Source: Candidatus Parcubacteria bacterium (GTDB lineage Bacteria > Patescibacteriota > Minisyncoccia > Phycocordibacterales > JBAYGS01). Taken from it: 61,899 nt of DNA. Made by a program: the position numbers and the translations under genes. Where the stretch lies: contig JBDKKW010000003.1 in NCBI GenBank assembly GCA_039795895.1, positions 1 to 61,899 on the forward strand, written 5' to 3'. The notes under the pieces are model-generated. The model was not told the origin of the DNA and ran no database searches. It was given only the letters and a program-made list of their open reading frames with translations. Each line of letters starts with the position of its first letter. The first letter of the stretch is position 1. Shown here in pieces: positions 50,957 to 59,507 of the stretch.

Positions 50957-52189
50957 TTAGAAGCTCAAATTACCTTTTGCGACAAGTAATGGGGTCGCTG
51001 TGTGGTCGGGGGTCTGGGTGAGGTGTTGCATATAGCCCGCACAAGCAATCATCACTGCATTGTCGGTCGAGAGGGCGAGAGATGGGAAGAAGAGTTTGAT
51101 ATGCGGATGTTCGGTCACGAGTGCTTCAAATGCCTTGCGGATGTGGGTGTTGGCGATCACGCCGCCTCCGATAATAAGTGTCTGTGCGCCGTAGTGTTCA
51201 AGTGCTTTTTTTGTTTTAGTGACGAGGACCTCGGTCACCGCATCTTCAAATTCGCGAGCGATGACTTCTTTGTCTTTTTCGGTGAGGGTTTTTAGTTCTT
51301 GTGTAAGGTAGAGCACTGCTGTTTTGAGACCAGAAAAAGAAAAATCAAAATCTTTGGTGTGGAGCATCGGACGTGGGAGAGGATAAGGGGTTGGTTGACC
51401 AGTGTTCGAGAATCTCGATTTTGTTGCTAGTCTTGAAATCTCTGGACCGCCGGGATAGGGTAGGCCGAGCATGCGGGCTACTTTATCAAAAGCTTCACCG
51501 ACAGCATCGTCCCGGGTTTGGCCGATGTTGGTGTATGTGCCCCAGCTTTCGATCAAGATGAGCTCGGTGTGGCCTCCGGAAATAAGGAGGGCGAGAGCGG
51601 GGAAAAGGATTGGGGAGTTGTTAGTTGATAGTTTACGGTCTTTAGTCTGAGGATCAGAAATTAGAAATTTTGACTTAGTAATTTCTCTGTCTACCAAAAC
51701 AGAGACGATATGTCCCTCCATGTGATTGACGGGTATGATGGGAATATTCCAAAGGAGGGAAAGTGCTCGAGCGAAATTGATGCCGACCCAAAGTGCTGGT
51801 TCGAGTCCGGGTCCGACAGTGACCGCGATGGCATCGATGGAGGGTTTTTCTATTTTTGGAAGATACGCCAAGAATTGTTCTTGTAGCTCCGGTTCTTTTG
51901 TTAGAATGGCTTTAATGTCTTCGACCTGTTCATTAGAAATTAGAAATTGGGAATTAGAAATTCCGAAACCCGATTCTTCCAAAGTTTTCTTAAACAAGGG
52001 AATCAGGTTTCGGCTGTGTTCTCGTTTTGCGAGTGCGGGGAAGACACCTCCGTATTGTTCGTGAATTTTAATCTGAGAATTAAGTGCATTTCCGAGCACC
52101 GAAAAAGCGGGTGTATTTTTATCACCGGTCGCGGATACTATGCATACTGCGGTTTCGTCGCAGGAGGTTTCGATGCCGAGGATGAGCAT
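50957..52189 (-). CDS. tsaD: tRNA N6-adenosine threonylcarbamoyltransferase TsaD with two in-frame insertions
   Basis: GIETSCDET, VNHMEGH, ISGGHTEL, GGGVIAN. ATG 52189 (MLILGIETS). It carries extra segments GFGISNSQFLISNEQ.. and EITKSKFLISDPQTKDRKLSTN relative to E. coli TsaD. Confidence 0.9.
   Translation of the reverse strand: MLILGIETSCDETAVCIVSATGDKNTPAFSVLGNALNSQIKIHEQYGGVFPALAKREHSRNLIPLFKKTLEESGFGISNSQFLISNEQVEDIKAILTKEPELQEQFLAYLPKIEKPSIDAIAVTVGPGLEPALWVGINFARALSLLWNIPIIPVNHMEGHIVSVLVDREITKSKFLISDPQTKDRKLSTNNSPILFPALALLISGGHTELILIESWGTYTNIGQTRDDAVGEAFDKVARMLGLPYPGGPEISRLATKSRFSNTGQPTPYPLPRPMLHTKDFDFSFSGLKTAVLYLTQELKTLTEKDKEVIAREFEDAVTEVLVTKTKKALEHYGAQTLIIGGGVIANTHIRKAFEALVTEHPHIKLFFPSLALSTDNAVMIACAGYMQHLTQTPDHTATPLLVAKGNLSF
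51618..51687. repeat. Period-7 array inside tsaD (plus strand TTGTTAG TTGATAG TTTACGG TCTTTAG TCTGAGG ATCAGAA ATTAGAA ATTTTGA CTTAGTA ATTTCTC)
   Basis: Read directly from the sequence. It encodes the second TsaD insertion on the minus strand. Confidence 0.75.
51932..51966. repeat. Five tandem heptamers inside tsaD (ATTAGAA ATTAGAA ATTGGGA ATTAGAA ATTCCGA)
   Basis: Read directly from the sequence. It encodes GISNSQFLISN on the minus strand. Confidence 0.85.
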
Positions 52190-52335
52190 GGGTTTTCGGC
52201 AGAAGAGGATTAGGTCACGAATATTTTGTTCGCCGTCGCTCACAAAATTTCTTGACCTCGACTCGCCGGTTTTTCTTGCTAGAAAAACATGACTCCGTCT
52301 TTCAAATCCTCACAAAAGCTTCGCTTTTTTACCGG

Positions 52336-52408
52336 TGGGCGGTAGAGGATTTGAACCTCTGACATTCACAACGTCAATGTGACGCTCTACCAACTGAGCT
52401 AACCGCCC
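52336..52408 (-). tRNA. tRNA-Val (anticodon GAC)
   Basis: The minus strand reads GGGCGGT TA GCTC AGTTGGTA GAGC G TCACA TTGACGT TGTGA ATGTC AGAGG TTCAAAT CCTCT ACCGCCC A. Confidence 0.9.
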
Positions 52409-52459
52409 GTGCCAGAAGAATAGCAGGTTTTTGTCGCTCGGGGAAGCCCTTTTAGAAAA

Positions 52460-52490
52460 GAAAAAATGGCAGGCCGAGTACGGCCTGCCA
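52460..52490 (-). terminator. Hairpin downstream of the dGTPase-like gene
   Basis: TGGCAGGCCG-AGTA-CGGCCTGCCA, with an A-run on the plus strand (a T-run on the minus strand). Confidence 0.7.
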
Positions 52491-52498
52491 TTGTGAAA

Positions 52499-53539
52499 TT
52501 ACCAGTTGAGATCGAGTTCAATCCCATTGATCGCAAACAAATGTTCGCGATCCGTATTCCTGATGATTTCTCCAAGGCCTGTATCCATCAGGACCCTGGA
52601 ATTGAGCATATGCGGGTCATCGATCAGACGAGAGACTTCTTCGTCTGTCAGAAGTGCAATTCCAAGCCAGGGCGGAATCAGCTCACTTCGATTGATGAAG
52701 TCGTAGATCGGATCAAGGAACCGGGCGACATTTTGTTCAACTACGCGTTCGTATTCGGCATACATCAGTCCACGAAGCTTGTTGAACATGAGGGCTGGTT
52801 CGGAAGTCTCAAAATGTACCCGACCAGCTTTGGCTGACTCTTCGCAGAGTGCCATGATGGTGCGAAAGGTGCGGTCTCGCTGATAGCCACCAAACCAAGC
52901 CATCACTTTCTCGAGTTCCGAACTGCAACGCCACTCCAGTCTTTTGAAGTCGTTGTAGTCGGCGAAGAGGTAGGCGATCTTGTCGGCATAACGTACCACC
53001 CAGGCCTCTTGAGTCATGGTCTCAGACGTATTTTTGCCTGAGTGTCGCCACATACCATCGAGTGTTGCGTGGGTGAGGTTGAGTCCTCTGCCCTTACGTT
53101 CGATGTGTTGGGCGATCACCACTCCAAATACTTCATGGGTGAATTTTGGGTTCCATTTCTTTTGGAGGTAGTTTTCACCTTGGTGGCCAAATGGCACGTG
53201 GCCAATGTCGTGACCCAAAGCGATCGCTTGGGTGAGGTGGATATTGAGTCCCAGATGTTCGGTAATGCGAATCGAGTGGGCAACTACTTCGTTTACATGT
53301 GTTGCCCGATTGCGGATGTGGGGTGTGTGATGCGATGATGCCACTTGATTTTTGCCACCCATTCGCCGAGAGGCTTTGGACGACAAAATCACTGAGCTAT
53401 CATCCACAAATTGATCGCCGATACGGAAGTCGTTCTCGTAGGTCTTCCGACGATGACTTCCATTGGTCTTAAGATGAGCGAGTGCTCCGGCCGTAGCCAA
53501 AAAACGCTTCAAGAGTTCTTGATCTGGTATTGCTTGCAT
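52499..53539 (-). CDS. dGTP triphosphohydrolase-like HD-domain protein (short form)
   Basis: RNRATHVNEVVAHS, IALGHDIGHVPFGHQGE, RYADKIAYLFADYND. Confidence 0.8.
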   Translation of the reverse strand: MQAIPDQELLKRFLATAGALAHLKTNGSHRRKTYENDFRIGDQFVDDSSVILSSKASRRMGGKNQVASSHHTPHIRNRATHVNEVVAHSIRITEHLGLNIHLTQAIALGHDIGHVPFGHQGENYLQKKWNPKFTHEVFGVVIAQHIERKGRGLNLTHATLDGMWRHSGKNTSETMTQEAWVVRYADKIAYLFADYNDFKRLEWRCSSELEKVMAWFGGYQRDRTFRTIMALCEESAKAGRVHFETSEPALMFNKLRGLMYAEYERVVEQNVARFLDPIYDFINRSELIPPWLGIALLTDEEVSRLIDDPHMLNSRVLMDTGLGEIIRNTDREHLFAINGIELDLNW

Positions 53540-53794
53540 ATGTTGTGTTTGTGAGGTGCTTTTCTGTATCTATACAATCACAACGGGAGGGGAGATGCAA
53601 GGATAACTTATTTGGCGGTGGCGATGTCCGGAAGTTTGAACCGGCCTTCGTCCGGAAAACCCTTAGTTATGGCCGTATAGATAAAATTGTACGCCAATTG
53701 CGACGTTATTACAAGGAAAATCCGACCTCTTTCGACATCCCGGCTTTCGCCCAGAAGGTCTACTAAGATCGGATTTTCGCTAGTCTAAGAGGCT

Positions 53795-54010
53795 TTATTG
53801 CTCCCCGCGAGCAATGTCGTCCTCGATCAATTTCTGCTCTTTTAGGTATCGAGTTATCGCATACCAAGCCGCATTGATCACTGGGATCAGTAACGCCCAG
53901 CGTGGGTCGTTCTGAGCGTAAGCGATCAGGAGCGGCAGGATCGATGATACCGCCGAGTAGAAAAATACGATGAGCAGGTGCTTCAGTGCTTCTTTGGTTG
54001 GTGTTGTCAT
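53795..54010 (-). CDS. Holin-like two-TM protein (71 aa)
   Basis: Two hydrophobic helices (LLIVFFYSAVSSILPLLIAYA, WALLIPVINAAWYAI) and a charged C-terminus, immediately downstream of the amidase gene. Confidence 0.5.
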   Translation of the reverse strand: MTTPTKEALKHLLIVFFYSAVSSILPLLIAYAQNDPRWALLIPVINAAWYAITRYLKEQKLIEDDIARGEQ

Positions 54011-54015
54011 AGTGG

Positions 54016-54591
54016 TTAGAAGATTATTCCCTTAATAATTGCCAGTCCCTCTTCGATTTTCCTCACACCATCCTCGACCGTGGGACTCGTTGCCGGCGTT
54101 TGCTGGCTGGCAAGTGCGACCAGCTCGTCGAGGATGCGTTTGTTGGTTGCCGGGCAGTTCGGCTTCTTTGAGAAGATCTCAAAGTGTCCGATGACGTGGT
54201 CGCGGTCGATCGGGATTTGCCATCGCTGGCAGATCTCGCGGATCATGGTCGCGCTGGCTTGCTTCATTGCGTCAGTCCACACATCGTCCGGCTTGCCCTC
54301 ATGCTCGATTCCAATCGTGTAGAGGTTCGGGTTTATATTCGGCCGAATGAGTTTCCAGACCGGCGCATCAACACGGCCAGCGTGCCACGCAGTATCGTTT
54401 TCTTGCACATACTGGTGGACTTCACCGAGCTTTCCAATCCCGTAATGTGCGCTTACTTGCGAATTGTGATCTGCGAACCATGCATCGGTGCCGCCAAGTG
54501 TGCCGTCCATGATGTGGATGACAACCGCTTCTGGTCGGTACGTTTTGCGACCAACCCAGAAGTTTGGCGATTTCTTTTGAATGATGTTCAT
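54016..54591 (-). CDS. N-acetylmuramoyl-L-alanine amidase (Amidase_2/PGRP-type endolysin)
   Basis: AVVIHIMDGTLGGTDAWF, SAHYGIG, DTAWHAG, IGIEHEG, HVIGH..KPNCP. Confidence 0.85.
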   Translation of the reverse strand: MNIIQKKSPNFWVGRKTYRPEAVVIHIMDGTLGGTDAWFADHNSQVSAHYGIGKLGEVHQYVQENDTAWHAGRVDAPVWKLIRPNINPNLYTIGIEHEGKPDDVWTDAMKQASATMIREICQRWQIPIDRDHVIGHFEIFSKKPNCPATNKRILDELVALASQQTPATSPTVEDGVRKIEEGLAIIKGIIF

Positions 54592-54595
54592 AGAG

Positions 54596-54823
54596 TTATT
54601 TGTTGATGGTTAGTAGTAAATTAATAATCGCAGTGATCAGACCTCCCACTGATGCTGTAGCGATGATCCAGAAAAATCGTTTGAGCCAATCCACGTCAGT
54701 ACTTACTTTCGTTAGATCGTTCTGCATATGCGTGAGATGATTGTCTTTGATTTCGTTTACGGTTTTTTCGACTCGATCAAGGCGTTCATCTTGCAATCGG
54801 TTTTGGTAGTCTGTTTTTTCCAT
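54596..54823 (-). CDS. Tail-anchored coiled-coil membrane protein (75 aa), possible lysis accessory
   Basis: MEKTDYQNRLQDERLDRVEKTVNEIKDNHL.. followed by a C-terminal TM (FFWIIATASVGGLITAIINLLL). ATG 54823 avoids overlap with the upstream gene. Confidence 0.5.
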   Translation of the reverse strand: MEKTDYQNRLQDERLDRVEKTVNEIKDNHLTHMQNDLTKVSTDVDWLKRFFWIIATASVGGLITAIINLLLTINK

Positions 54824-54827
54824 GTGA

Positions 54828-57671
54828 TTACTTTGGTACGTATGCTCTTTGGTACTGCTTGAGGAGACCTCTATCCTCAAGAGCTTTCTCGATGTTGTCT
54901 TGGCTCTCTCTGTCTCGCCAATACTTTTCGTTTTCAATGTCGACCGATTTTGCTTTCGCTCCCATAACACCGTAGAGGAACTTCACGGCGCTTGAGGTTT
55001 TGTCGTCCGACAGCTTTCCAGCAGTCGTGTAAAACCTCCCCAATGCGGTGTTAATAAAGTGAAGCTTGTAAGGATCGGCAATGTAACTCACTGAGCCGTC
55101 CTTACCTTTTTTCTCGGTCACCCCAAGCCATTCACGGAGGCCTGGGACTTTGTTCACGAACGGATAGACACGATTGTTCGCATCTATAGGCTCGCCCGTG
55201 AACAAGTTTTGACCGGTCGCCACTTCGATCGGATATTTGAGGATCGGCGACAATTCTCCGACTGCGCTCGCAAGTGTTCTCTGCGGACTTCCTTTCCAGA
55301 GTCGGTTCACATCCTCAACCGGCAATCCGAGTCCGTAGAGGTATTGCGAGAAGCCGCCTTTTTCTCCGAGTCGGATCGGTAGACCCTCTCGCATATAAGG
55401 TGGCAGTATCGGGAATTCCTCTTTTGCTTTGTCTTTGTCGACTTGCAGGTTGTCTACCAGTTTTCCGAGGCCGGCATACTTGCCCGGTTGCTTCACCATC
55501 TGCTCGAGCTGGAGTGGTATGTTTCCGCGCGTCCATCGGTAGAACGGCATCAATCGCTTCATGACATTCTGTTCAAACGGTGCGAGAGTCTCCGGTGCGT
55601 AGTCGAAGTGGAATTTGATCACTTGGTTGGCGGCTTCCTTTGCGCTGTCGCCCTTGATGATTCGATCTATGAAAAGTGGCATGCGGAGTCGGTTTTCCAC
55701 GAACTCCATTGCATGCTTAGGCGTATCCAGTAACTTTTGGACCGGGCCTTTGTTGATGTCTTTCTCCACTTCGCGCATTACGTCGAGGTATCCCGGCTGG
55801 CCGAAGACGCCGGCTTTCTCTGCCATGTTTCTTATTTCGGTGTAGCTGTACTTGGTGCCGAGCTTGGTGGTCAGTGATCCCTCAAGGCCTCGAGCGATCT
55901 TGTCGGCTTCGAGATATCGGGTTGGATTCGTCACGCCGGCGATGTAGTTGTTGAACGTACCACCGACAAAGTTTCGAGCATGGAATGATGGGAACAATCC
56001 GGTAACTGATCCTTTCCAGAAACCGAGCACCTTGTCGTAGAGCTTCAGGAATTTCTTTGTTGCTTCCTCGTTGGTGAGGATTTTATAAGTGTCGTCGACA
56101 TGCTTCACTATCTGCTCCGGCAAGAGCGTTCCTTTGAGTTGTGGCACTGCGGTCTCCACGTACTTGATTCCGTTTTCGTAGATAGGCTTTGCGGACTCTT
56201 TCATGTACACGGCTCCGGTGATCGGGTTCTTTACTTGCGTACCGACGATCTCGGCCGGACGTCCGAATTCCTTTCCGACGTTCGTGAGGAAGTCGTAGGT
56301 TCGGGTCGCTTTGATGCTTTCGGCTTTACGAGCGGCAAAGGCTTTGAATGCATCGTCCTCAAAGAATTTATTTATTCCGTATTTTTGTTTGAAGTAGGCA
56401 TTGATACTTGGGATTGATCCGTCGAGCTCTCTGGTCTTTGCGAATGGGTTTCTTACGCGAGTCGGGCTGTTGAGATCGGTTATAACTTCCGATGCTCGTT
56501 TCTGCATCAGCTCGCGCCCTTCAGGTGTGATGTAGTGGCGCACGTAATCCGGCAATGTTTCGTCGAGTATTCCACGGGACTTTTCTGCTTCAGCGAAGCT
56601 CTTATGCTGGCCTTGGATATAATCCACAATCTCTTTTATCGGGCTGGCTTTCTCTGCGGTATCCACTCCGGCTTTCATTACGTTTGCGGCCGGCGTCGCC
56701 ACGCCTTCGAGAATTTTGCTTATCTCTGTTCCAGCCTTTGATCCAAGTTCGCCCTTTGCGATCTTTCCCATGTGCGTTGCTTCCTCGACTGCTTTGCCGA
56801 CTTCGCCACGCGTGTCTTTGGTAAATTGCAGGAACTTGTCGACGTACTGATTGCCGACGCCACCCGGCAACGCTTTGATATCGCTAAACGGCACGAATGC
56901 TTTGCTACCGAAGTCTTTGACTCCTTGGTACGCCTTTCCGAGTACTGGTACTTTTTCGGCAATTGCATCGGCCGCTTTGAATGGAGCAGTGACTACCGAT
57001 CGTGGGAGTATCTGCTTACCCATAAATTTGAGACCGTCTTTTGCGAGGAATTTTTCGCCACCCTCCTCGAGCACTTTCTCGGCTACGGCTTTTCGGCCGG
57101 CTTCCTCTCCGAGCTTCAGGATGGAATCTTTGAGGAGTGTCGTACCAGCTTTGCTCAATGCGACTTCACCGGCTTTAGTTGCGAGTTTTGCTTCAGCACC
57201 GTATCCGAACGTGATGTACGTCGTCGGATCGAGCAGAACGTCGGCAATAAAACCGCCGACTTTGTTCTTGATGCCGAGTGCTTCAGACGGCAGAGTGTGA
57301 TCTTTGATTCCTTGCACCACGCCCTTTCCGCTTATCACGCCACCGACTGCGTATGCACCGGTGTTGAGCAAGTGGAGGAGTCCTTGCAGGAATGATTCTT
57401 TCGGTTGCTCTGGAGGAGTGACGCCATTTTGTGCGGCATAGTTTTGCAAACCCTCAACGGTGGTAATGTTCGGCTTTGCATTAACCGAATAATCCGGCGA
57501 TGTAGGATCGACGGTCGTCTTGGTGTATCCACCTTGAGCATTCTTGGAATAGCGGACAGCACCGGACGCCGGAGCCGAGAGCGTTTTGATAGGCGCAGAC
57601 GGAGCACTCGGCGCAATCGCGTCGTCCGTTTTCCTATACTTTCCAGTTATTGGGTCTTTGATGTAAGCCAT
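54828..57671 (-). CDS. Large virion-associated ORFan protein (947 aa)
   Basis: Long uninterrupted ORF in the phage-like train. No family recognised by eye. Confidence 0.6.
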   Translation of the reverse strand: MAYIKDPITGKYRKTDDAIAPSAPSAPIKTLSAPASGAVRYSKNAQGGYTKTTVDPTSPDYSVNAKPNITTVEGLQNYAAQNGVTPPEQPKESFLQGLLHLLNTGAYAVGGVISGKGVVQGIKDHTLPSEALGIKNKVGGFIADVLLDPTTYITFGYGAEAKLATKAGEVALSKAGTTLLKDSILKLGEEAGRKAVAEKVLEEGGEKFLAKDGLKFMGKQILPRSVVTAPFKAADAIAEKVPVLGKAYQGVKDFGSKAFVPFSDIKALPGGVGNQYVDKFLQFTKDTRGEVGKAVEEATHMGKIAKGELGSKAGTEISKILEGVATPAANVMKAGVDTAEKASPIKEIVDYIQGQHKSFAEAEKSRGILDETLPDYVRHYITPEGRELMQKRASEVITDLNSPTRVRNPFAKTRELDGSIPSINAYFKQKYGINKFFEDDAFKAFAARKAESIKATRTYDFLTNVGKEFGRPAEIVGTQVKNPITGAVYMKESAKPIYENGIKYVETAVPQLKGTLLPEQIVKHVDDTYKILTNEEATKKFLKLYDKVLGFWKGSVTGLFPSFHARNFVGGTFNNYIAGVTNPTRYLEADKIARGLEGSLTTKLGTKYSYTEIRNMAEKAGVFGQPGYLDVMREVEKDINKGPVQKLLDTPKHAMEFVENRLRMPLFIDRIIKGDSAKEAANQVIKFHFDYAPETLAPFEQNVMKRLMPFYRWTRGNIPLQLEQMVKQPGKYAGLGKLVDNLQVDKDKAKEEFPILPPYMREGLPIRLGEKGGFSQYLYGLGLPVEDVNRLWKGSPQRTLASAVGELSPILKYPIEVATGQNLFTGEPIDANNRVYPFVNKVPGLREWLGVTEKKGKDGSVSYIADPYKLHFINTALGRFYTTAGKLSDDKTSSAVKFLYGVMGAKAKSVDIENEKYWRDRESQDNIEKALEDRGLLKQYQRAYVPK

Positions 57672-57677
57672 ACGTTT

Positions 57678-59012
57678 TTAGTTGATGCCAAAGAGTCCTT
57701 TGAAGAAATCTTTAGTCGTGTTGTATCCGGACTTTGCGAGGCTCGGTATCTGCTGGGTGAAGACATCTTTCACACCACCGCCAAACTGTTGCGCGGTGAT
57801 ATGCGGTTGCGAAGCTTGAAGTGCGGCCGCCGCTTGAGCATCTGCATCCGCTTGCGAGTTAGAGTCGGCCACGATCTGATCTCTCTTTGCGAGAACTTGC
57901 GCCCTGATTTTTTGTGGAACGGTGCTTATCGAGAAGTTCGGATTGTTCAGAAGTTCGAGAGCGTAGGCTTCGACGTCGCTCGAGCTGACGCCTCCGTCTG
58001 ATCCACTTGCGACTTTATTTCCGGTGACTGTTTGTCCGCCGATGTTGTAGCTCACGCCGGCCGGTGTGCTGTTTGCGAGGTTCGCCATTTGCACCGCGCG
58101 ATCGATCACGTCTTGAGCGTCTTTCTTGTCTTGCTCGGTGCCGTACTTGGCGGCGTTGACGATGTTCTCTACATCCTTTTGAGATGCGCCGAAGACTTGG
58201 GTTAAGAGATCGCCGAGTACGCCGTACTGATCCTTTTGGAATCCGAGAGCTTTTTCTGCGGCAGTAAGTGGCACGGTTGCGTCGTCGTATTCCATGCCAG
58301 CCGCTTCCTTTGCGGCCGTGTCTGCGACTCCGAGTTTATCGGCCAGCTGGTTGCGCTCGGTGAGCAATTTTCGGTAGCTGTCCATCAGCGGTTGTTTCTC
58401 TGAAGCGACCAAGCGTTGCGTCTGACTTTCCGTTACCAAGCCTCCGCTGTTTATAGTTCGATCACGAATATCTTTTTCGGAGTCATCGAGTGAGTTCGAC
58501 ATCGTCGCCAAGCGATCGTCCAAGCTCTGAAGATTCGTCTGCATTTCATCGATGCCTCGGTTCGCTCTTTCGGTCTTATAAAGATCGGTTTTCTTAGGCA
58601 GATTCTTGAGTGTATCGAGGTAGGAAGTCTGGCTGTCTTTCATGCTTTTTAGGGCAGTATCGAGGCCGAGGTCGGTTCGGTATTGCTGGAGCAAAGAGGT
58701 GCTAGAAGGCACATTTGCGCCATACATGGTGGTAGTGCTGGGGATCGGGCTCGTCCCACCGCTCGAAATTTGGTCAACGCGCTGGGTTACAGGCGAAGAA
58801 GGTGTCACCGGTGCAGGTTTGGGCGAAGCTGGGGTCACAGGGGCAACAACGGGCGAAGCTGGTGCTCCCGGCAAAGCGAGGCTTGCGCCGGCAAATATCT
58901 TGTTTGGGTCGGTGATCGACGGGTTCGCTTTCATGAGGGCATCCACGGTGGTGCCTTGTGACTTGGCGATTCCCGACAGGGTCTGACCTTTTTGGATAGT
59001 TATTGTTGCCAT
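57678..59012 (-). CDS. LysM-domain protein with a long coiled-coil/low-complexity region (444 aa)
   Basis: N-terminal LysM (ITIQKGQTLSGIAKSQGTTVDALMKANPSITDPNKIFAGASLALPG), then a Pro/Ala/Val linker and helical repeats. Confidence 0.65.
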   Translation of the reverse strand: MATITIQKGQTLSGIAKSQGTTVDALMKANPSITDPNKIFAGASLALPGAPASPVVAPVTPASPKPAPVTPSSPVTQRVDQISSGGTSPIPSTTTMYGANVPSSTSLLQQYRTDLGLDTALKSMKDSQTSYLDTLKNLPKKTDLYKTERANRGIDEMQTNLQSLDDRLATMSNSLDDSEKDIRDRTINSGGLVTESQTQRLVASEKQPLMDSYRKLLTERNQLADKLGVADTAAKEAAGMEYDDATVPLTAAEKALGFQKDQYGVLGDLLTQVFGASQKDVENIVNAAKYGTEQDKKDAQDVIDRAVQMANLANSTPAGVSYNIGGQTVTGNKVASGSDGGVSSSDVEAYALELLNNPNFSISTVPQKIRAQVLAKRDQIVADSNSQADADAQAAAALQASQPHITAQQFGGGVKDVFTQQIPSLAKSGYNTTKDFFKGLFGIN

Positions 59013-59018
59013 AAATTT

Positions 59019-59222
59019 TTATGTAAGTGTTACGAACCTCCAGTTGCCGTTGAAGAAAACGTAGAATCTCCTCGTGCCTCCGTTTTCGTAGAGCGCAAAG
59101 CTCACTTGCGTTCTCGGTGTGTCCGATGGCGCGACGTTCAAGATAGGAATGTCGCGGAGCAAGTTGAGGATCGATCCCAAGTTCGGATCAAACGACTGAT
59201 TTTGTGCTGGTTTATCGTTCAT
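59019..59222 (-). CDS. Hypothetical phage-module protein (67 aa)
   Basis: ORF tightly packed between neighbours (3-6-nt gaps). Confidence 0.45.
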   Translation of the reverse strand: MNDKPAQNQSFDPNLGSILNLLRDIPILNVAPSDTPRTQVSFALYENGGTRRFYVFFNGNWRFVTLT

Positions 59223-59224
59223 AA

Positions 59225-59503
59225 TTATTTGAGTTTTGCGTACTCGCCCAAGACCTCATTAATCTGGTCGAGTTGCGCTTGTAATGTTTCGATCGTTTTT
59301 TCCAGATCGGCTTTTGCGGTTTTCATCGCAGGAATATTCACAATCGAAACATCGGGGTGCGACGTTATCTTTCTCACGTTGTCGTCATCGATCTTTTCGA
59401 GCGTGAATTCTCCCTCGGCTTTTACGACCGGCGTATCCACCGGCATTGGTGCTGGTTGCGGTGGGTTGTTTATTTCTGATGCTGTACTTGTTTCGTCAGG
59501 CAT
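59225..59503 (-). CDS. Hypothetical phage-module protein (92 aa)
   Basis: Tightly packed ORF with a C-terminal coiled coil. Confidence 0.45.
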   Translation of the reverse strand: MPDETSTASEINNPPQPAPMPVDTPVVKAEGEFTLEKIDDDNVRKITSHPDVSIVNIPAMKTAKADLEKTIETLQAQLDQINEVLGEYAKLK

Positions 59504-59507
59504 ATGT

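Noticed and set aside
51618-51966. CRISPR-like repeat arrays (also considered for 8445..8477, 8841..8876 and 12495..12526)
   Set aside because: The period is 7 nt with no spacers, the arrays are 30-70 nt long, and no cas genes are present. These are micro-repeats, not CRISPRs.
53530-53766. 78-aa plus-strand ORF in the spacer between the dGTPase-like gene and the holin-like gene, and a GGTTCAAAC T-loop-like sequence on the minus strand (~53606-53650) that might be an att-type tRNA fragment
   Set aside because: The ORF has no ribosome-binding site or recognisable family. The T-loop-like sequence sits in three overlapping CCGG hairpins that do not form a 5-bp T-stem or an acceptor strand, and it does not match tRNA-Val beyond 8 nt.
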